Assembly (NCBI GenBank): GCA_038143065.1
Contig: JAYQLI010000035.1
Coordinates: 2,592,894 to 2,656,893 of the forward strand
Length of the DNA stretch: 64,000 nt
DNA from: Rhodospirillales bacterium
GTDB taxonomy: Bacteria > Pseudomonadota > Alphaproteobacteria > Bin95
Direction: 5' to 3'
The translations under genes were made by a program, and so were the position numbers. The notes under the pieces were generated by a model. That model was given only the letters and a program-made list of their open reading frames with translations, had not been told where the DNA came from and ran no database searches. Of this stretch, positions 32,493 to 44,392 are shown piece after piece (the first letter of the stretch is position 1; each line of letters opens with the position of its first letter).

Positions 32493-33281
32493 TTAGCAAG
32501 CAGCTACGGCACGTCTGGCCATTACTCCAACCAGATGTGCGCGATACTCAGCACTTGCGTGAATATCAGCATTAAGCCCCTCCTCGGAGATCGATGAATC
32601 GTTCAACGCGGCAGGGGAAAAATCTTTCGTTAGTGCAGCTTCCATCTCTGTTGCTCGGAACACACATGCACCAGCGCCAGTCACGGCTACTCTCACACCC
32701 AAAATTGTTTTTGCTACAAACACGCCAACAATGGCGTATCTTGATGCAGGATTGGGGAATTTTACGTACGAAGCTGTGTGAGGGATTGGGAAATCAACTT
32801 TAATGATTACCTCATCTTCTTCCAGAGCCGTTTCGAACATACCTCTAAAAAAGTCATCGCCGCTGATCGACCGTCTGTTAGTTATAACTGTTGCACCCAG
32901 TCCAAGCACAGCGGCAGGATAATCCGCTGCTGGATCATTGTTAGCAATTGAACCCCCAATGGTGCCACGATTTCGCACTGCTGGGTCCCCAATTCCACCC
33001 GCCAATTTTGCTAGTGCAGGTATGGCTGTTGATACTTCTTTGGAGTTGGCAACCGTGTCATGGGTAGTCATGGCGCCGATTGATACTGTTTTCTCTGATG
33101 CAGTTATCCCGGTCAGTGATGCTCCAGATAGATCAATAAGATCGCTGGGCATTGCCAGCCTCTGTTTCATGGTTGGCAAAAGTGTCATGCCACCCGCAAG
33201 AAGTTTGCCTTCGTCTGACGCATTTATTTTTGATGTTGCGTCTTCAGCTGAGGAAGCAACTTGGTATTTGAAATTATACAT
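32493..33281 (-). CDS. coxM: Molybdenum hydroxylase FAD subunit (CoxM/CutM-like)
   Basis: LAGGMTLLP.MK.R, IGDPAVRNRGTIGGS.ANNDPAAD, SAEYR. Confidence 0.88.
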   Translation of the reverse strand: MYNFKYQVASSAEDATSKINASDEGKLLAGGMTLLPTMKQRLAMPSDLIDLSGASLTGITASEKTVSIGAMTTHDTVANSKEVSTAIPALAKLAGGIGDPAVRNRGTIGGSIANNDPAADYPAAVLGLGATVITNRRSISGDDFFRGMFETALEEDEVIIKVDFPIPHTASYVKFPNPASRYAIVGVFVAKTILGVRVAVTGAGACVFRATEMEAALTKDFSPAALNDSSISEEGLNADIHASAEYRAHLVGVMARRAVAAC

Positions 33282-33304
33282 TATTTCCTCTTTTGATCTC
33301 TGAC

Positions 33305-33769
33305 TTAGGTCATAGCTCTTGCGCCAGCCATCACTGATTTGACGATGTTATGGTAGCCGGTGCAACGGCAGAGATTGCCTTCTAAGTAGTGACGCACTTC
33401 TGCTTCCGAGGGCGCAGAATTTCTTTTTGCGAGAGCAACAGCACTCATAATCATTCCAGGAGTACAGAAGCCACATTGCAGGCCGTGGTTGTCACGAAAG
33501 GCCTCTTGCATTGGATGTAGATCGTCGCCATTCGCGAGACCTTCGATCGTGGTTATTTCAGAATTGTTCGCTTGAACAGCGAGCATTGTACATGCTTTTA
33601 CTGCCTCACCATTCACATGGATAACGCAAGCGCCGCATTGACTGGTGTCACATCCAACATGTGTTCCTGTGAGACGTTGGTCCTCACGAATAAAGTCGAC
33701 AAGCAGTGTGCGCTCCTCGACCTCACCTGCAACTTGCTTGCCATTAATTGTCATTGATACGCTTGGCAT
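33305..33769 (-). CDS. coxS: Molybdenum hydroxylase 2Fe-2S subunit (CoxS/CutS-like)
   Basis: [27 protein letters not shown]. Confidence 0.9.
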   Translation of the reverse strand: MPSVSMTINGKQVAGEVEERTLLVDFIREDQRLTGTHVGCDTSQCGACVIHVNGEAVKACTMLAVQANNSEITTIEGLANGDDLHPMQEAFRDNHGLQCGFCTPGMIMSAVALAKRNSAPSEAEVRHYLEGNLCRCTGYHNIVKSVMAGARAMT

Positions 33770-33871
33770 CGCACTCTCCGCAATGAACGCCCCAGCAACT
33801 CTTGCTGATATTCGTTATGTGTGAAAATAATCTTACTCTTGAGGCCCACGGTCAACTTCAAAACATTCTTT

Positions 33872-34515
33872 TTAAAAGAAAGCGTACAGCAAAACCCCTA
33901 GGACAATCGCTAAGCCTAATAGCCATATAGGCAGAGAAATACCTTTTTGAGGAGAGGTTTTTCCCGGCTCCGAGCTAATTGCTGTGTCATCTTCGGTAGC
34001 GGCCGTTTGGTCTGAAGTTGAAGTTTTTGTATCACGGTTTCATTATCAACTTCAGTCTCTGGTCCTGAACTCTGTTCTGCTGCAAGTTTGGCAAATTTTT
34101 CAAAAAATTCGTCGGCAAGTTTACGGGCGGCTCCGTCAATCAACCGAGAACCGATCTGAGCAAGCTTGCCACCTACGCTTGCATCCACACTGTATTTCAG
34201 AACTGTTCCGCCAGCACCATCATCCTCTAGGCTTACAGTTGCGCCGCCTTTAGCAAAACCAGCCGCTCCACCAGAACCTTCTCCATGAATGCGATACCCG
34301 TTTGGAGGATCAATATCTGACAATTGAACCTTTCCTGAAAATCTAGCGCTGACAGGTCCCACTTTCGCTTTAACCTTTGCAGCAAAGCTATCATCGCCGT
34401 CCTGGTTTAACTCTTCGCAACCAGGAATTGATTCACGCAGAACTGTGGGGTTGTTTAATGCGTCCCAGACCACCTGCTTAGGTGCGGGAATTTGGGCTTC
34501 GCCTTGCATTTCCAT
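33872..34515 (-). CDS. coxG: CoxG / SRPBCC membrane-anchored accessory protein (apparent frameshift near 34030)
   Basis: IPGCE, KVGPVSARF.G, GFAKG.A.V.L, GGKLAQIGSRLID; shifted frame gives C-terminal TM ...IWLLGLAIVLGVLLYAFF*. Confidence 0.85.
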
Positions 34516-34742
34516 ATTATCAGTGCCCTTAGAGATTAGCGGTATCGCGCAGCTTGGCTGGCGAATTTTCGTCACTATTCACCAACATATGAGTCCAGAT
34601 ACGATGATTCAATCTCCATTGATACTTCTTTCACCCATCTTTTAATGCCAACAGAGCTTGGCGTTCCGCACGAGCTTATGCATACTCTGTCAAACAATAA
34701 GTTTTGGCGCTTAGAGATAGCTAACCGATTAAACCGCAGGGG

Positions 34743-36174
34743 ATGAGGATGAAATTTCGGATCTTTAGTGCTCTTCTTGCTTTGATAACTTTATCTATAG
34801 CAACACCTGTCCTTGCTGCAGGGGCAGGAGCACCGCATTTAGACGGTGGAGAGTTGGGGCTTCTATGGGTTGTGCCCTTTGCGGGAATACTCCTTTCTAT
34901 TGCAATTTTTCCCTTGTGGCACCAGATTTTTGGCATCATCACTTTGGAAAAATTTCAGCGTTTTGGGCAGCTGCCTTTTTAGTCCCATTTACAATTGTTT
35001 TTGGGGCCTCAATCGCAGTTTATGAAGTGATTCATGTCCTTCTCTTAGAGTACATTCCTTTTATCATTTTATTGTTATCGCTCTTTACTGTAGCTGGAGG
35101 CGTGCGGGTCCGGGGGCGTTTGGTTGGCACGCCAATCCTGAACACTGGGTTTCTTCTATTGGGAACCGTACTAGCAAGTTGGATGGGCACGACAGGTGCG
35201 GCCATGTTGTTAATCCGACCTCTGATGCGTGCGAATGAGAAGCGTAAATACCGCGTCCACACAATAGTATTTTTTATTTTCTTGGTCGCGAATGTTGGGG
35301 GGTCACTGACTCCGTTAGGTGATCCGCCATTGTTTTTAGGATTCCTCAAAGGAGTTGAATTCTTCTGGCCTACAACTCACATGTTCATGCCAATGCTAAT
35401 GGTGTCTCTTATCCTATTGGCCCTCTACTTCGCGATAGACTCAGCGCTCGTTAAAAAAGAAGGTGGGGTGCCGGAACCAGACCCTAATGAAGCCCATGAG
35501 GCCATCGGGATTGATGGGAAAGTTAATTTTTATTCCTTGCAGGGATCGTTGCCGCTGTTCTGATGAGCGGTATTTGGAAGCCACACCTTGAATTTGTTGT
35601 TTATCATGTACATTGGGAACTGCAGAACATAGCCCGTGATATCCTATTAGTGCTGATCGCATACTTGTCATGGAAAATCACCCCTATGCAAAACCGGACG
35701 GCAAACGGATTCACTTGGTTCCCAATCATGGAAGTAGGGAAATTATTCATTTGTATTTTCCTGACTATTGTTCCAGCTATTGCCATCCTAAAAGCTGGAA
35801 GTTCCGGTGCACTTAGTGGTCTGGTCTCGATGGTCTCTACGCCAGAAGGCGAACCAATTAATCAAACCTATTTCTGGTTAACGGGAATTTTGTCCAGTTT
35901 TCTTGATAATGCGCCTACTTATTTAGTGTTTTTCAATACCGCAGGCGGCGATCCACAAGCATTGATGGGACCTATGTCCCAAACACTACTTGCTATTTCT
36001 GCGGGTGCCGTATTTATGGGGGCTAATACTTATATCGGTAACGCTCCAAACTTTATGGTCCGTGCGATTGCTGAAGAAGGTGGTATTCGCATGCCTAGCT
36101 TCTTTGGCTACATGGCATGGTCTGGTCTGATTTTGGTTCCTATTTTCGTGCTAGTGACCTTCGTGTTCTTCTGA
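34743..36174 (+). CDS. Putative sodium:proton antiporter / ion-transporter superfamily protein (two apparent frameshifts)
   Basis: GTTGAAMLLIRP, ANVGGSLTPLGDPPLFLG, SSFLDNAPTY, TYIGNAPN. Confidence 0.85.
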
Positions 36175-36323
36175 GCTTAAAAAACTGATTTTGGCATGGA
36201 AGTTTTTGGCTAGAGGGACTTCGACTGAAAAGCTATAAGCAAAGAACCTGGGTCTCTATAAAGGATTGCAAGATCTGTCAGGAGCTGCTTCTATTTCAGT
36301 TCTTTTTGGGAGTGAAACCGAAA

Positions 36324-36629
36324 ATGGCCGCTTATCTGATTGTTGAAGCAGAGGTGGAAGAAGAAAGCCGTGAGGCCTTTGATCTCTGGTACGAAAACGA
36401 GCACTTGCCTGATGCTATAAAAGCATTTGAAGCAGAGGGGGCCGAGCGCGGCTGGAGCGATGTCACTCCAGGTATTCATATCGCTCTTTACAAATTTCCA
36501 AATTTAGATCGAGCTCGTGCTATCGCTTCCTCTGAGGCGATTAAGACATTAATAGCTGAATTTGATCGTCTATGGGACGGCAAAGTCACCCGCACCCGCG
36601 AAGTTATAGAAATTAAACAAAAACTTTAA
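36324..36629 (+). CDS. Small dimeric alpha-beta-barrel-like hypothetical protein
   Basis: FD.WY..EHLPDA motif typical of EthD/DUF4286-like proteins. Confidence 0.65.
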   Translation: MAAYLIVEAEVEEESREAFDLWYENEHLPDAIKAFEAEGAERGWSDVTPGIHIALYKFPNLDRARAIASSEAIKTLIAEFDRLWDGKVTRTREVIEIKQKL

Positions 36630-36640
36630 GGAGAGAGGCC

Positions 36641-37414
36641 ATGAACCCTCCTGCACAACCAGCTCTTAGGGCTGTAGACTCAAAATATTCCGAAGCCGAA
36701 TGGAAGGCACGTGTTGATCTTGCAGCTTTGTACCGTCTCTTTGTCAAATATGGATGGACAGATCTGATCTACACTCATATCTCTGCCCGAGTGCCGGGCG
36801 AAGATAACGCGTATTTGATCAATCCTTATGGCCTATTTTTTGATGAAATAACGGCGTCCTCCCTGATAAAGGCGGACTGGGATGGTAACGTGATTGATCC
36901 TCCCGGAGGTGAATATAATGAGGCGGGCCATCTAATCCATACCGCTGTTTTAAAAGCGCGCCCCGAAGTAAATTTCGTCCTGCACACCCATTCACGTGCG
37001 GGGACAGCGGTCTCGGCGATGCAGTGTGGTTTACTCCCATTATCTCAACACTCAAACCTTATCCTTGATCAGGTAGCCTATCACGATTACGCGCAGGTGA
37101 CGTCTGACGAAGATGAGTGTGACCGCTTACAGCGAGATATTGGCGACAAGTATCTAATGGTGCTGAGAAACCACGGATTGCTTGCATGTGGGCGCTCTGC
37201 AGCAGAAGCATTTCACTTCCTTTATTACATGGAAATGAGCTGTAAGATTCAAGTAGACGTATTGGCATCTGGAAAGGATTATATTGTTCCAGATGATGAT
37301 GCGCTCGCCAGTTTAGCCAAATATGGCGCTATTGGTTCAGAGCCTAAAGGCGAACGGGCCTGGCCAGGGCTTCTGCGTGGATTGGACCGTCAGGATCCTA
37401 GCTATCGCACCTAA
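36641..37414 (+). CDS. Class II aldolase/adducin family protein
   Basis: RVDLAA.YR, YTHISAR, F.EITASSL, HTHS, LRNHGL. Confidence 0.93.
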   Translation: MNPPAQPALRAVDSKYSEAEWKARVDLAALYRLFVKYGWTDLIYTHISARVPGEDNAYLINPYGLFFDEITASSLIKADWDGNVIDPPGGEYNEAGHLIHTAVLKARPEVNFVLHTHSRAGTAVSAMQCGLLPLSQHSNLILDQVAYHDYAQVTSDEDECDRLQRDIGDKYLMVLRNHGLLACGRSAAEAFHFLYYMEMSCKIQVDVLASGKDYIVPDDDALASLAKYGAIGSEPKGERAWPGLLRGLDRQDPSYRT

Positions 37415-37439
37415 CTACGATAGCAATCGGAGTTAATCG

Positions 37440-38637
37440 TTGGCAGATTCGGCTAGGGGGCCCGACAACGCTCCAGGGCGTGCCCGGATACGTTTGCGAG
37501 TAGCTGAGGCAACACCACAATTGATTGGTGAGGTTGCTCGCCTCGGCTTGGGCGATGCGGACGCTATACCTCTATGGTACGGGAAGGGGACATTCCAACT
37601 CCGCACTTTATCTGCGATGCCGCTCATCAAGCTATGGTTGCTGGAGAGACTTTCTACAGTCATAAGCGGGGTCTTCCTGAGCTTAGGGGCGCACTTTCGA
37701 AATATATGACCAATCTCTACGGCCGAGATGTCGATCCAGAACGGGTGACCGTAACCGCTTCGGGCATGCACGGAATTTTGACTGCAATGCAGGCAATTCT
37801 GCAAGCTGGAGATAATTGTGTAATTGTTGGACCGGTTTGGCCTAATGCTCAGGCGGCGGCTGAGGTGGCTGGAGCTGAGGTTAGACTGGTCGCTCTTCAG
37901 GCCAAAAATGGTGTTTGGAATCTTGACCTCGATGCGCTCTTTTTGCTTCTTGCGACCAGAACACTCGAATGATTTTCATTAATTCGCCAGGTAATCCAAC
38001 CGGCTGGATGATGGAAAGGGAACAGCAACAGGAAATTTTGGAATTTTCCCCGCAAGCATGGCATCTGGATTATGTCGGATGAGGTCTACACACGGTTAGT
38101 ATATGAAAGACAAGTAGCACCTTCATTCCTTGATATCTCAGAGCCGGAGGATGCTGTTATTGTCGTTAATAGCTTCTCCAAAAGCTGGGCTATGACAGGC
38201 TGGCGAGTGGGGTGGCTTACGCATCCAGCTTGGTTACACCATGCTTTTAATGAGTTGATCGAGTACAGCGTGAGTTCTGTTCCCCATTTTTACAAAAGGC
38301 AGCATTTGTTGCTGTGACAGAAGGCGAACACCTTGTCCAAGATATCCGCGAGAGGTGCCGCGAAGGAAGAGACATTGTGATGTCAGCTTTACTTGGGCAT
38401 CCAAAAATTGCGTTATCTAAGCCTCAAGCGGCCTTCTACGCATTTTTTCAAGTGCAGGGAATGTACGACAGCTTGGAATGGGCCAAGCAGTTATTCCAAG
38501 AAACAAAAGTTGGAGTTGCTCCTGGCAGAGCATTTGGTCCTGAAGGTGAAGGCTGGATACGTCTCTGTTTTGCATCGTCACCGGAAAATCTGAATAAGGC
38601 TATGGAAAGATTAATGGTGTTCCTTGATCGTGATTAG
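37440..38637 (+). CDS. PLP-dependent class I aminotransferase (several apparent frameshifts)
   Basis: GEGDIPTP, NSPGNPTG, SDEVY, NSFSKSWAMTGWRVGW, PGRAFG, RLCFA; SD GGAG before TTG. Confidence 0.85.
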
Positions 38638-39724
38638 CGTCCATCAAACGTTACGCTTTTGATCAACGCAAACACCTGATTGCCTGGTCGCAAATCAAGT
38701 TCATTAAGCGAGGCAAGCGTAATTCGTGCGCGTAGGTTTTCTCCTCCAAGATCGAGTGACACATTGGCAGATCCGGTTGCTTGGTCAGTCGCACAATTAA
38801 CCACTGTCGCAGGCAATATATTACGAATACTGATAGCTTTTGGTGCCTCCAATGCAATAGCCACATCACGTGCTCTGACCCTAATTCTAACCTTGTGTGC
38901 AAGAGGTAGATCAATGAGAGGTGCTGCCAGCTGGCCGCTCGCCAGACTAATTTGTGTCATCCTGTTGCCTTTATCATGGCTAGCAATATGACCAGTCAAA
39001 AGAACACTTTCTTCGAACAATGACACTCCAGCATTAAGGCCAAGGCGTTCGACCATCTCGCTCACCGGTCCAATTCCCACGACCCGGCCTTTGGAAATTT
39101 GGAGAATCAGATCTGATAATCGTGCTACCTCTCCAATATCGTGGCTTACATAAATTATAGGCACGTTTGACGCTGTAGTTAGATTATCAAGGTATGGCAG
39201 ATTTCCTCTTTTGCCAACTGATCAAGACCGGCCAGCGGCTCATCTAAAAGAAGCAAGCGGGGACGTGATAATAAGGCTCGTGCGATGCCAACACGCTGTC
39301 GTTCACCTCCAGAGAGGTTGGTTGGCATTCGTCTCAATAAATGCGAGAGACCCAATAATTCAACAATCAACGATCGATCTATCGGTGTACCTGCACCCTG
39401 GCGTCTTGCAGACCGTTTTTCCGCAAAATCCAGATTTTTGTTCACCGCCAAATGGGGAAATAATTCAGCTTGCTGAAATGCAAAACCAATGGGCCTTAGA
39501 TGAGGCGGAGTGAAATGGTTGGGTGTCTGCCATGCTAAATTCCCAACACTCAGCGAGCCTGGAAGTTTTGTGAGACCAGCGAGGCAACGGAGGATGGTTG
39601 TTTTCCCTGATCCTGACGGCCCAAAAAGTGCAGTCACACCAGATAGAGGAATATCAAAGTCTGCGTCGACTGAAAAGCCGCCTACCTTTCCTTTGAACTG
39701 TGCAATGATCCTATCAGTGTTCAT
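38634..39724 (-). CDS. modC: Molybdate ABC transporter ATPase (apparent frameshift near 39200)
   Basis: GPSGSGKTT, LSGGERQR, DEP, SHD..E, C-terminal TOBE with SIRN. Confidence 0.92.
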
Positions 39725-39726
39725 GT

Positions 39727-40404
39727 TCAGGATGTCCGCTGATTTTTACTGAGCATAAGAGCGGTGAGAACTACCAGAAAGGAAAATGCAATCATGCCTG
39801 CGGCGAGGATATGAGCTTTGTCCCATTCTAATGCTTCGACGAAGTCGTACAACGCCACTGATGCAACGCGAGTTTCTCCAGGAATATCGCCACCTATCAT
39901 CAAAATGACGCCAAATTCTCCTATGGTATGAGCAAAAGCCAGGATGGCTCCTGTGAGAATTCCACGCTGTGCTAGAGGTAAGGCCAACCGAAAAAATATA
40001 TCCGTTGGGGTTGCGCCTAGGGTCCGAGCTGCCTCCAATGTTGGCTCGCGAATTGACTCAAATGCGTTGCGAATGGGCTGCACGACAAAAGGCAGTGAAT
40101 AGACCATCGAGCCAATTACAAGGCCGGTGAATGAAAAGGCAAGGCTGCGCTCACCCCAGAGATTTGCAAGCCACCCGCCGGGTCCATCTGGACCTAGAGC
40201 CAAAAGCAAATAAAAACCAAGGGCAGTGGGTGGGAGTACCAATGGCATCGCGATTAACGCGGCAAGAGGTTCTTTCCAACCAGATTGGCAGCGCGCTAAA
40301 AACCAGGCAAGTGGCGAACCTATTAATAAGAGTAGCACTGTGGTTACAGAAGCTAGCCTTAAGGTGAGCGAAATTACTGGCCAGAGTTCAGTTAAATGTT
40401 CCAT
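39727..40404 (-). CDS. modB: Molybdate ABC transporter permease
   Basis: PLVLPPT.LGFYLL, EAARTLGA, FAHTIGEFG. Confidence 0.93.
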   Translation of the reverse strand: MEHLTELWPVISLTLRLASVTTVLLLLIGSPLAWFLARCQSGWKEPLAALIAMPLVLPPTALGFYLLLALGPDGPGGWLANLWGERSLAFSFTGLVIGSMVYSLPFVVQPIRNAFESIREPTLEAARTLGATPTDIFFRLALPLAQRGILTGAILAFAHTIGEFGVILMIGGDIPGETRVASVALYDFVEALEWDKAHILAAGMIAFSFLVVLTALMLSKNQRTS

Positions 40405-40422
40405 TTAGTTTGCCCTGGAAAG

Positions 40423-41889
40423 TCACTTCGAGCTTGCAGATGTTTTGGCAATTGCGAGGGGATCAATTATGCGAGTTGGCTCGATGACCTGAAATCCTCT
40501 TGGCCTTACTTCAAGAATTTCCAGTGGGCGCAAGGCCATACCAGCATTGGACATCCGAACCGACCCATGAGCGCCTTTTATGGAACCTATATTTTTAAGT
40601 TCAATCGGTTTTAGTGGGCGCGACCCAGTGCGGCTAGCCTCAAGTGCTAGCTTCACCGCATCATATGCTACTCCAACGAGTTCAGTAGGAGTATTTCCAA
40701 AAATAGATTTATAACGATTGTTGAAAATATCACCTGACGGCTGAGCTGCAAACTTTCCCCATGCAATTCTCTTGCACGCCTTGGGTCCATTTCTTTCCAG
40801 CGTGATAAGCCAACTAATTGGACGCCCGCTGCTTTTGCATCATAAAGCTGAAACATTGGAGCTACGGTAGAAAGCTCTGCACCGCTGACCGTTAATAGAA
40901 ATGTATCGATCGGACTTTGACCGAGGCCACCAGCAGCAGTGTAGCGATTGATAATAGAGTTAATTGCTGAAATTTTAGGAATGCCGGTAGTTGTCATCCG
41001 TTTGTAAGACTGAGCTAAGCTCTCCAGCAATTCTTTCTCCCGCCCTGAATACTGAGAGGCCATGGAGTTTAAAATACCGTCGGGAGTGTTGGCCTCAATG
41101 AGTTGGGATTTGAGCTGGGCGGCGTTAATTTTCCGGTTGCTTTGCCTAAATTCATTTCTGGTCAGATCCCGCACCCTCCTTGCAACCGAAGTATAATCCT
41201 CGTCCTCATCATATACAGCAAGCTGCACCCTGAGCTGATCCAAGAAATTGGCTTCTCTTTGCGCTTGTTTAACGCTGGCTGCAGCAAAGGGGCCTTGGCG
41301 ACCAAAAATGGCAACGGTTTTTGCTCCTGAACGGGCGGCATGCCGTAAAATTCTTGATGTTTCTAACTCAACTGACTGGCCCATTAAAAAGATATTAGAG
41401 CTGATAATCCGGCTGTCTTTTGAAAAAGATAGAGCAATCAACCCTGATTCTATTAGGATGGGAGAGATGGCCGTGGCGTCATGGCCAAAAAGTGGGCCAA
41501 CGATAATATCTGTTTTGGACGCACTAGCTTCAGTGGCTGCTTTTAAAATGTCGCTTGCGGTGTCAAAAGAAACTAATTCTGCCACAACATCAGGTGTGTC
41601 TAGTAATGCCATGGCAGCGCCGTTAGTGATCTCCCTACCAGCAATCTCGTTCGCTCCAGAAAATGGAGCGAGTAATGCAATTTTTACTGGGCGAGAGCGG
41701 ACTAATGGTAGAGGTTTGATATTCGTACTTGGTGCTTGGGCTGATATTTCTGATGCTGTGGATGTTTCTTTTGAAGACACTTTTGTAGTCGGTTGGTTAG
41801 GTGTGAGAGGACCTGTTTGATTGGTCTGGCTAGCAGCCAGAGAAAAAATAATCCAGGCTACGGAAACCCTGCGGAAGGGGTTCCCCATT
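40423..41889 (-). CDS. Penicillin-binding-protein activator / LpoA-like periplasmic binding protein (apparent frameshift near 40760)
   Basis: KIALLAPFSG, FDT, IIVGPLF, C-terminal G..G..R....G.A.R.L.I.EV; start uncertain. Confidence 0.7.
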
Positions 41890-42023
41890 GAAAAACCATG
41901 TTTTTCAACAAACAGCTTCTCCAAACATGCGCAAACAATTGATTAACTCTTTACTAGACAAGCATAAGACTTCGGCGCAATCGTAATAGCAAGAACTGGG
42001 CGAAATTAAGGACGCAAAGGCAA

Positions 42024-42962
42024 ATGACCAAAATAGCAATAATGGATGATTATCAGGGAGTGGCCCTATCTGCTGCGGATTGGACTGGCCTAAATGTAAC
42101 GGTTTTTCGGGACCATCAAGCAGACCAAAGTCGAGTAATTGAGCGTCTGAAGCCCTTTGAAATTGTTTGTTTGATGAGAGAGAGGACTGCTTTCCCTAAG
42201 TCGGTGATTGAAGCATTGCCAAATCTCAAATTAATTGTCACCACAGGCATGAGGAATGCTTCCATCGATATGGATGCGGCTCGAGAACGAAATGTCTTAG
42301 TAACAGGCACGAGAGGTAGTTCTACCCCCACACCAGAGCTTGCTATGGGGTTAATTCTCTCTCTTGCGCGCTCTATCCCTCAAGAAGGACGGAGGATGCG
42401 CCGAGGTGAGTGGCAGACTACTATTGGTAAAAGCCTAAACGGCGCAACGCTCGGCCTTCTTGGCCTTGGTAAGCTTGGCCAACAACTCGCGGTGTATGCG
42501 CGCGCATTTAACATGAATTTGATTGCCTGGAGCCAAAATTTAACTGAGGAGACTTGCAAGGATCACGGAGCGAAGTTGGTAGATAAGGATACCTTGTTTA
42601 GAGAGTCAGACTTTATTTCAGTTCATTTGGTGTTAAGCGATAGAACAACAGGTCTAGTTGGAGGTGACGACCTTGCAAAAATGAAGTCAACGGCATGTAT
42701 TGTGAATACCTCTCGTGGTCCAATAATCGACGAGGAAGCTTTGCTTGCTGCTCTCCAGACTAGATCTATTGGTGGGGCAGGGTTGGATGTCTATGGAGTT
42801 GAACCTCTGCCATCAGATCATCCCATTCGTACTTTAGACAATGCTATTTTAACTCCTCACCTTGGGTATGTAACTGAGGACACCCTGGATATTTTCTATC
42901 GGGAATCAGTTGAATGTGTGAGGGGTTGGCTGGCGGGTGACCCTGTCAGGGTTATTTCTTAG
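42024..42962 (+). CDS. D-2-hydroxyacid dehydrogenase family protein
   Basis: DDYQ, MRERT, TTGMRNASID, GLGKLG, NTSRG, TPHLGYV. Confidence 0.93.
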   Translation: MTKIAIMDDYQGVALSAADWTGLNVTVFRDHQADQSRVIERLKPFEIVCLMRERTAFPKSVIEALPNLKLIVTTGMRNASIDMDAARERNVLVTGTRGSSTPTPELAMGLILSLARSIPQEGRRMRRGEWQTTIGKSLNGATLGLLGLGKLGQQLAVYARAFNMNLIAWSQNLTEETCKDHGAKLVDKDTLFRESDFISVHLVLSDRTTGLVGGDDLAKMKSTACIVNTSRGPIIDEEALLAALQTRSIGGAGLDVYGVEPLPSDHPIRTLDNAILTPHLGYVTEDTLDIFYRESVECVRGWLAGDPVRVIS

Positions 42963-43100
42963 CTAATTCAATCGCAGGAATTAAATAATTGACTCGCACG
43001 CTATTCCAAGGCGGGTTATTGTATCGGGAAGTGTCTATGGCGGAATTCGCTTTAGATACGTTTTAAAGCTTTAAAAGTAGTAAACAGGGAGAATAAAAAT

Positions 43101-44222
43101 ATGCAGTTTGGCAAGAAGGGCCTGCTTTCTGCAGTAGCCACCGCCGCACTGACGGTTTTTGGTGCATCGGCAGCAATGGCCGACGTTAAGCCAATGACAA
43201 TTCGTATTGCAGCCGACTTGACGGGTCCGCCCCACCCTGCCGGCATTGCGATGACTTACTTCAAGGAGAAGCTTGAGGCTCAGGTTCCAGGCAGTGAAGT
43301 TCGTTTGTACTTCGCTGGAGCGCTTTACCGTATTCCAGAAGCGGTTGAAGCAATGACCGAGGGTAACCTTGAAATGACTTGGGGTCAGTTCGGTAAAACT
43401 GCCGCTGTAGATCCCTACATGAACCTCGTGGTTGGCCCTCAGTTGCTTACTACAGCTGGCGCCATCAATTCCTTAGAGACGACTTCAACTTATAAGTTCC
43501 TTGTTGACCGCTTCGATAAGGTCCATGACGTTGAAGTTTTTGCTGCCGGCCACTTGTCCATGTACATGGGTGCTGGTTCAGGAAGTCGCTTAATGAAACC
43601 AGAGGACTTTCAAGGTAAGAAGATCCGTTCAATGGGACCAGCTGAGAATGCTTTGCTTGCAGCTCTTGGTTCAAACCCAACTACGATGGCATTCGGTGAT
43701 GTTCCACCAGCCCTCCAGACGGGTGTGATTGATGGTCTCCTTACTTCTCTTGGCGGATTCAATAGCACGAAGGATCAAGCGCCATTCTTCACTATTGCCG
43801 GGTTGAACGGTATTGTCGGTGACTATTACTGGATTGGTGCATCCAAGCAGTGGCTATCTCGTTTAGATGATGCGCAGATTAAAGTTGTTCGCGATCTTCT
43901 CGTGAATGACGTAATGCCTTTCCAAAAGAAGGTAAATTTCTGTAACGACCGCCGGTTGGTAGAAAAGTTCGAGACTAAAGATCCTTCAAAGCCAGGTATC
44001 TATGTCATGAACGCTCAAGAGGCAGCATTTGTTAAAACAGCAGCTTCCGCAACTGGCAAATGGATTAAGTCAAACACTCCTTCAGATGCAGATGCTTGGG
44101 TAGACAAGTTTGCAATGGAAGCTGAAGCACTTGTGAAGGACAATCCAGCTGGTAGCAGTGATTTGGAAAAAACTGACTGTGCAGCGATTAAGCCTTACTT
44201 CACTAAGTATACCAAGAAGTAA
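43101..44222 (+). CDS. dctP: TRAP transporter substrate-binding protein
   Basis: Signal peptide; PEDFQGKKIRS, ALQTGVIDG; followed by small and large TRAP permeases. Confidence 0.88.
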   Translation: MQFGKKGLLSAVATAALTVFGASAAMADVKPMTIRIAADLTGPPHPAGIAMTYFKEKLEAQVPGSEVRLYFAGALYRIPEAVEAMTEGNLEMTWGQFGKTAAVDPYMNLVVGPQLLTTAGAINSLETTSTYKFLVDRFDKVHDVEVFAAGHLSMYMGAGSGSRLMKPEDFQGKKIRSMGPAENALLAALGSNPTTMAFGDVPPALQTGVIDGLLTSLGGFNSTKDQAPFFTIAGLNGIVGDYYWIGASKQWLSRLDDAQIKVVRDLLVNDVMPFQKKVNFCNDRRLVEKFETKDPSKPGIYVMNAQEAAFVKTAASATGKWIKSNTPSDADAWVDKFAMEAEALVKDNPAGSSDLEKTDCAAIKPYFTKYTKK

Positions 44223-44237
44223 TCGTAGGCTTTCAAA

Positions 44238-44305
44238 CTGCTGATTAAGGATAAAACTTTATCAGCAGATCTGGGTTTGGCCCGCTTCTACTTTGTGGAA
44301 GCGGG
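44238..44305 (+). terminator. Two intercistronic stem-loops after dctP
   Basis: CTGCTGAT 44238-45 / ATCAGCAG 44261-68 and CCCGCTTC 44281-88 / GAAGCGGG 44298-305; no U tail, so more likely mRNA-stabilising. Confidence 0.55.
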
Positions 44306-44392
44306 TCCTCTCCAAAAATCTCAGAAAACAATCGTCGCCAGCGGTTTAGATGAGTTCTCGTTCCTGCTGTGCGCCTGCGGAGGACTTCTGCA

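Noticed and set aside
25737-33769. Aerobic CO oxidation (form I CODH)
   Set aside because: Active-site loop is AYRGAGK, not AYXCSFR
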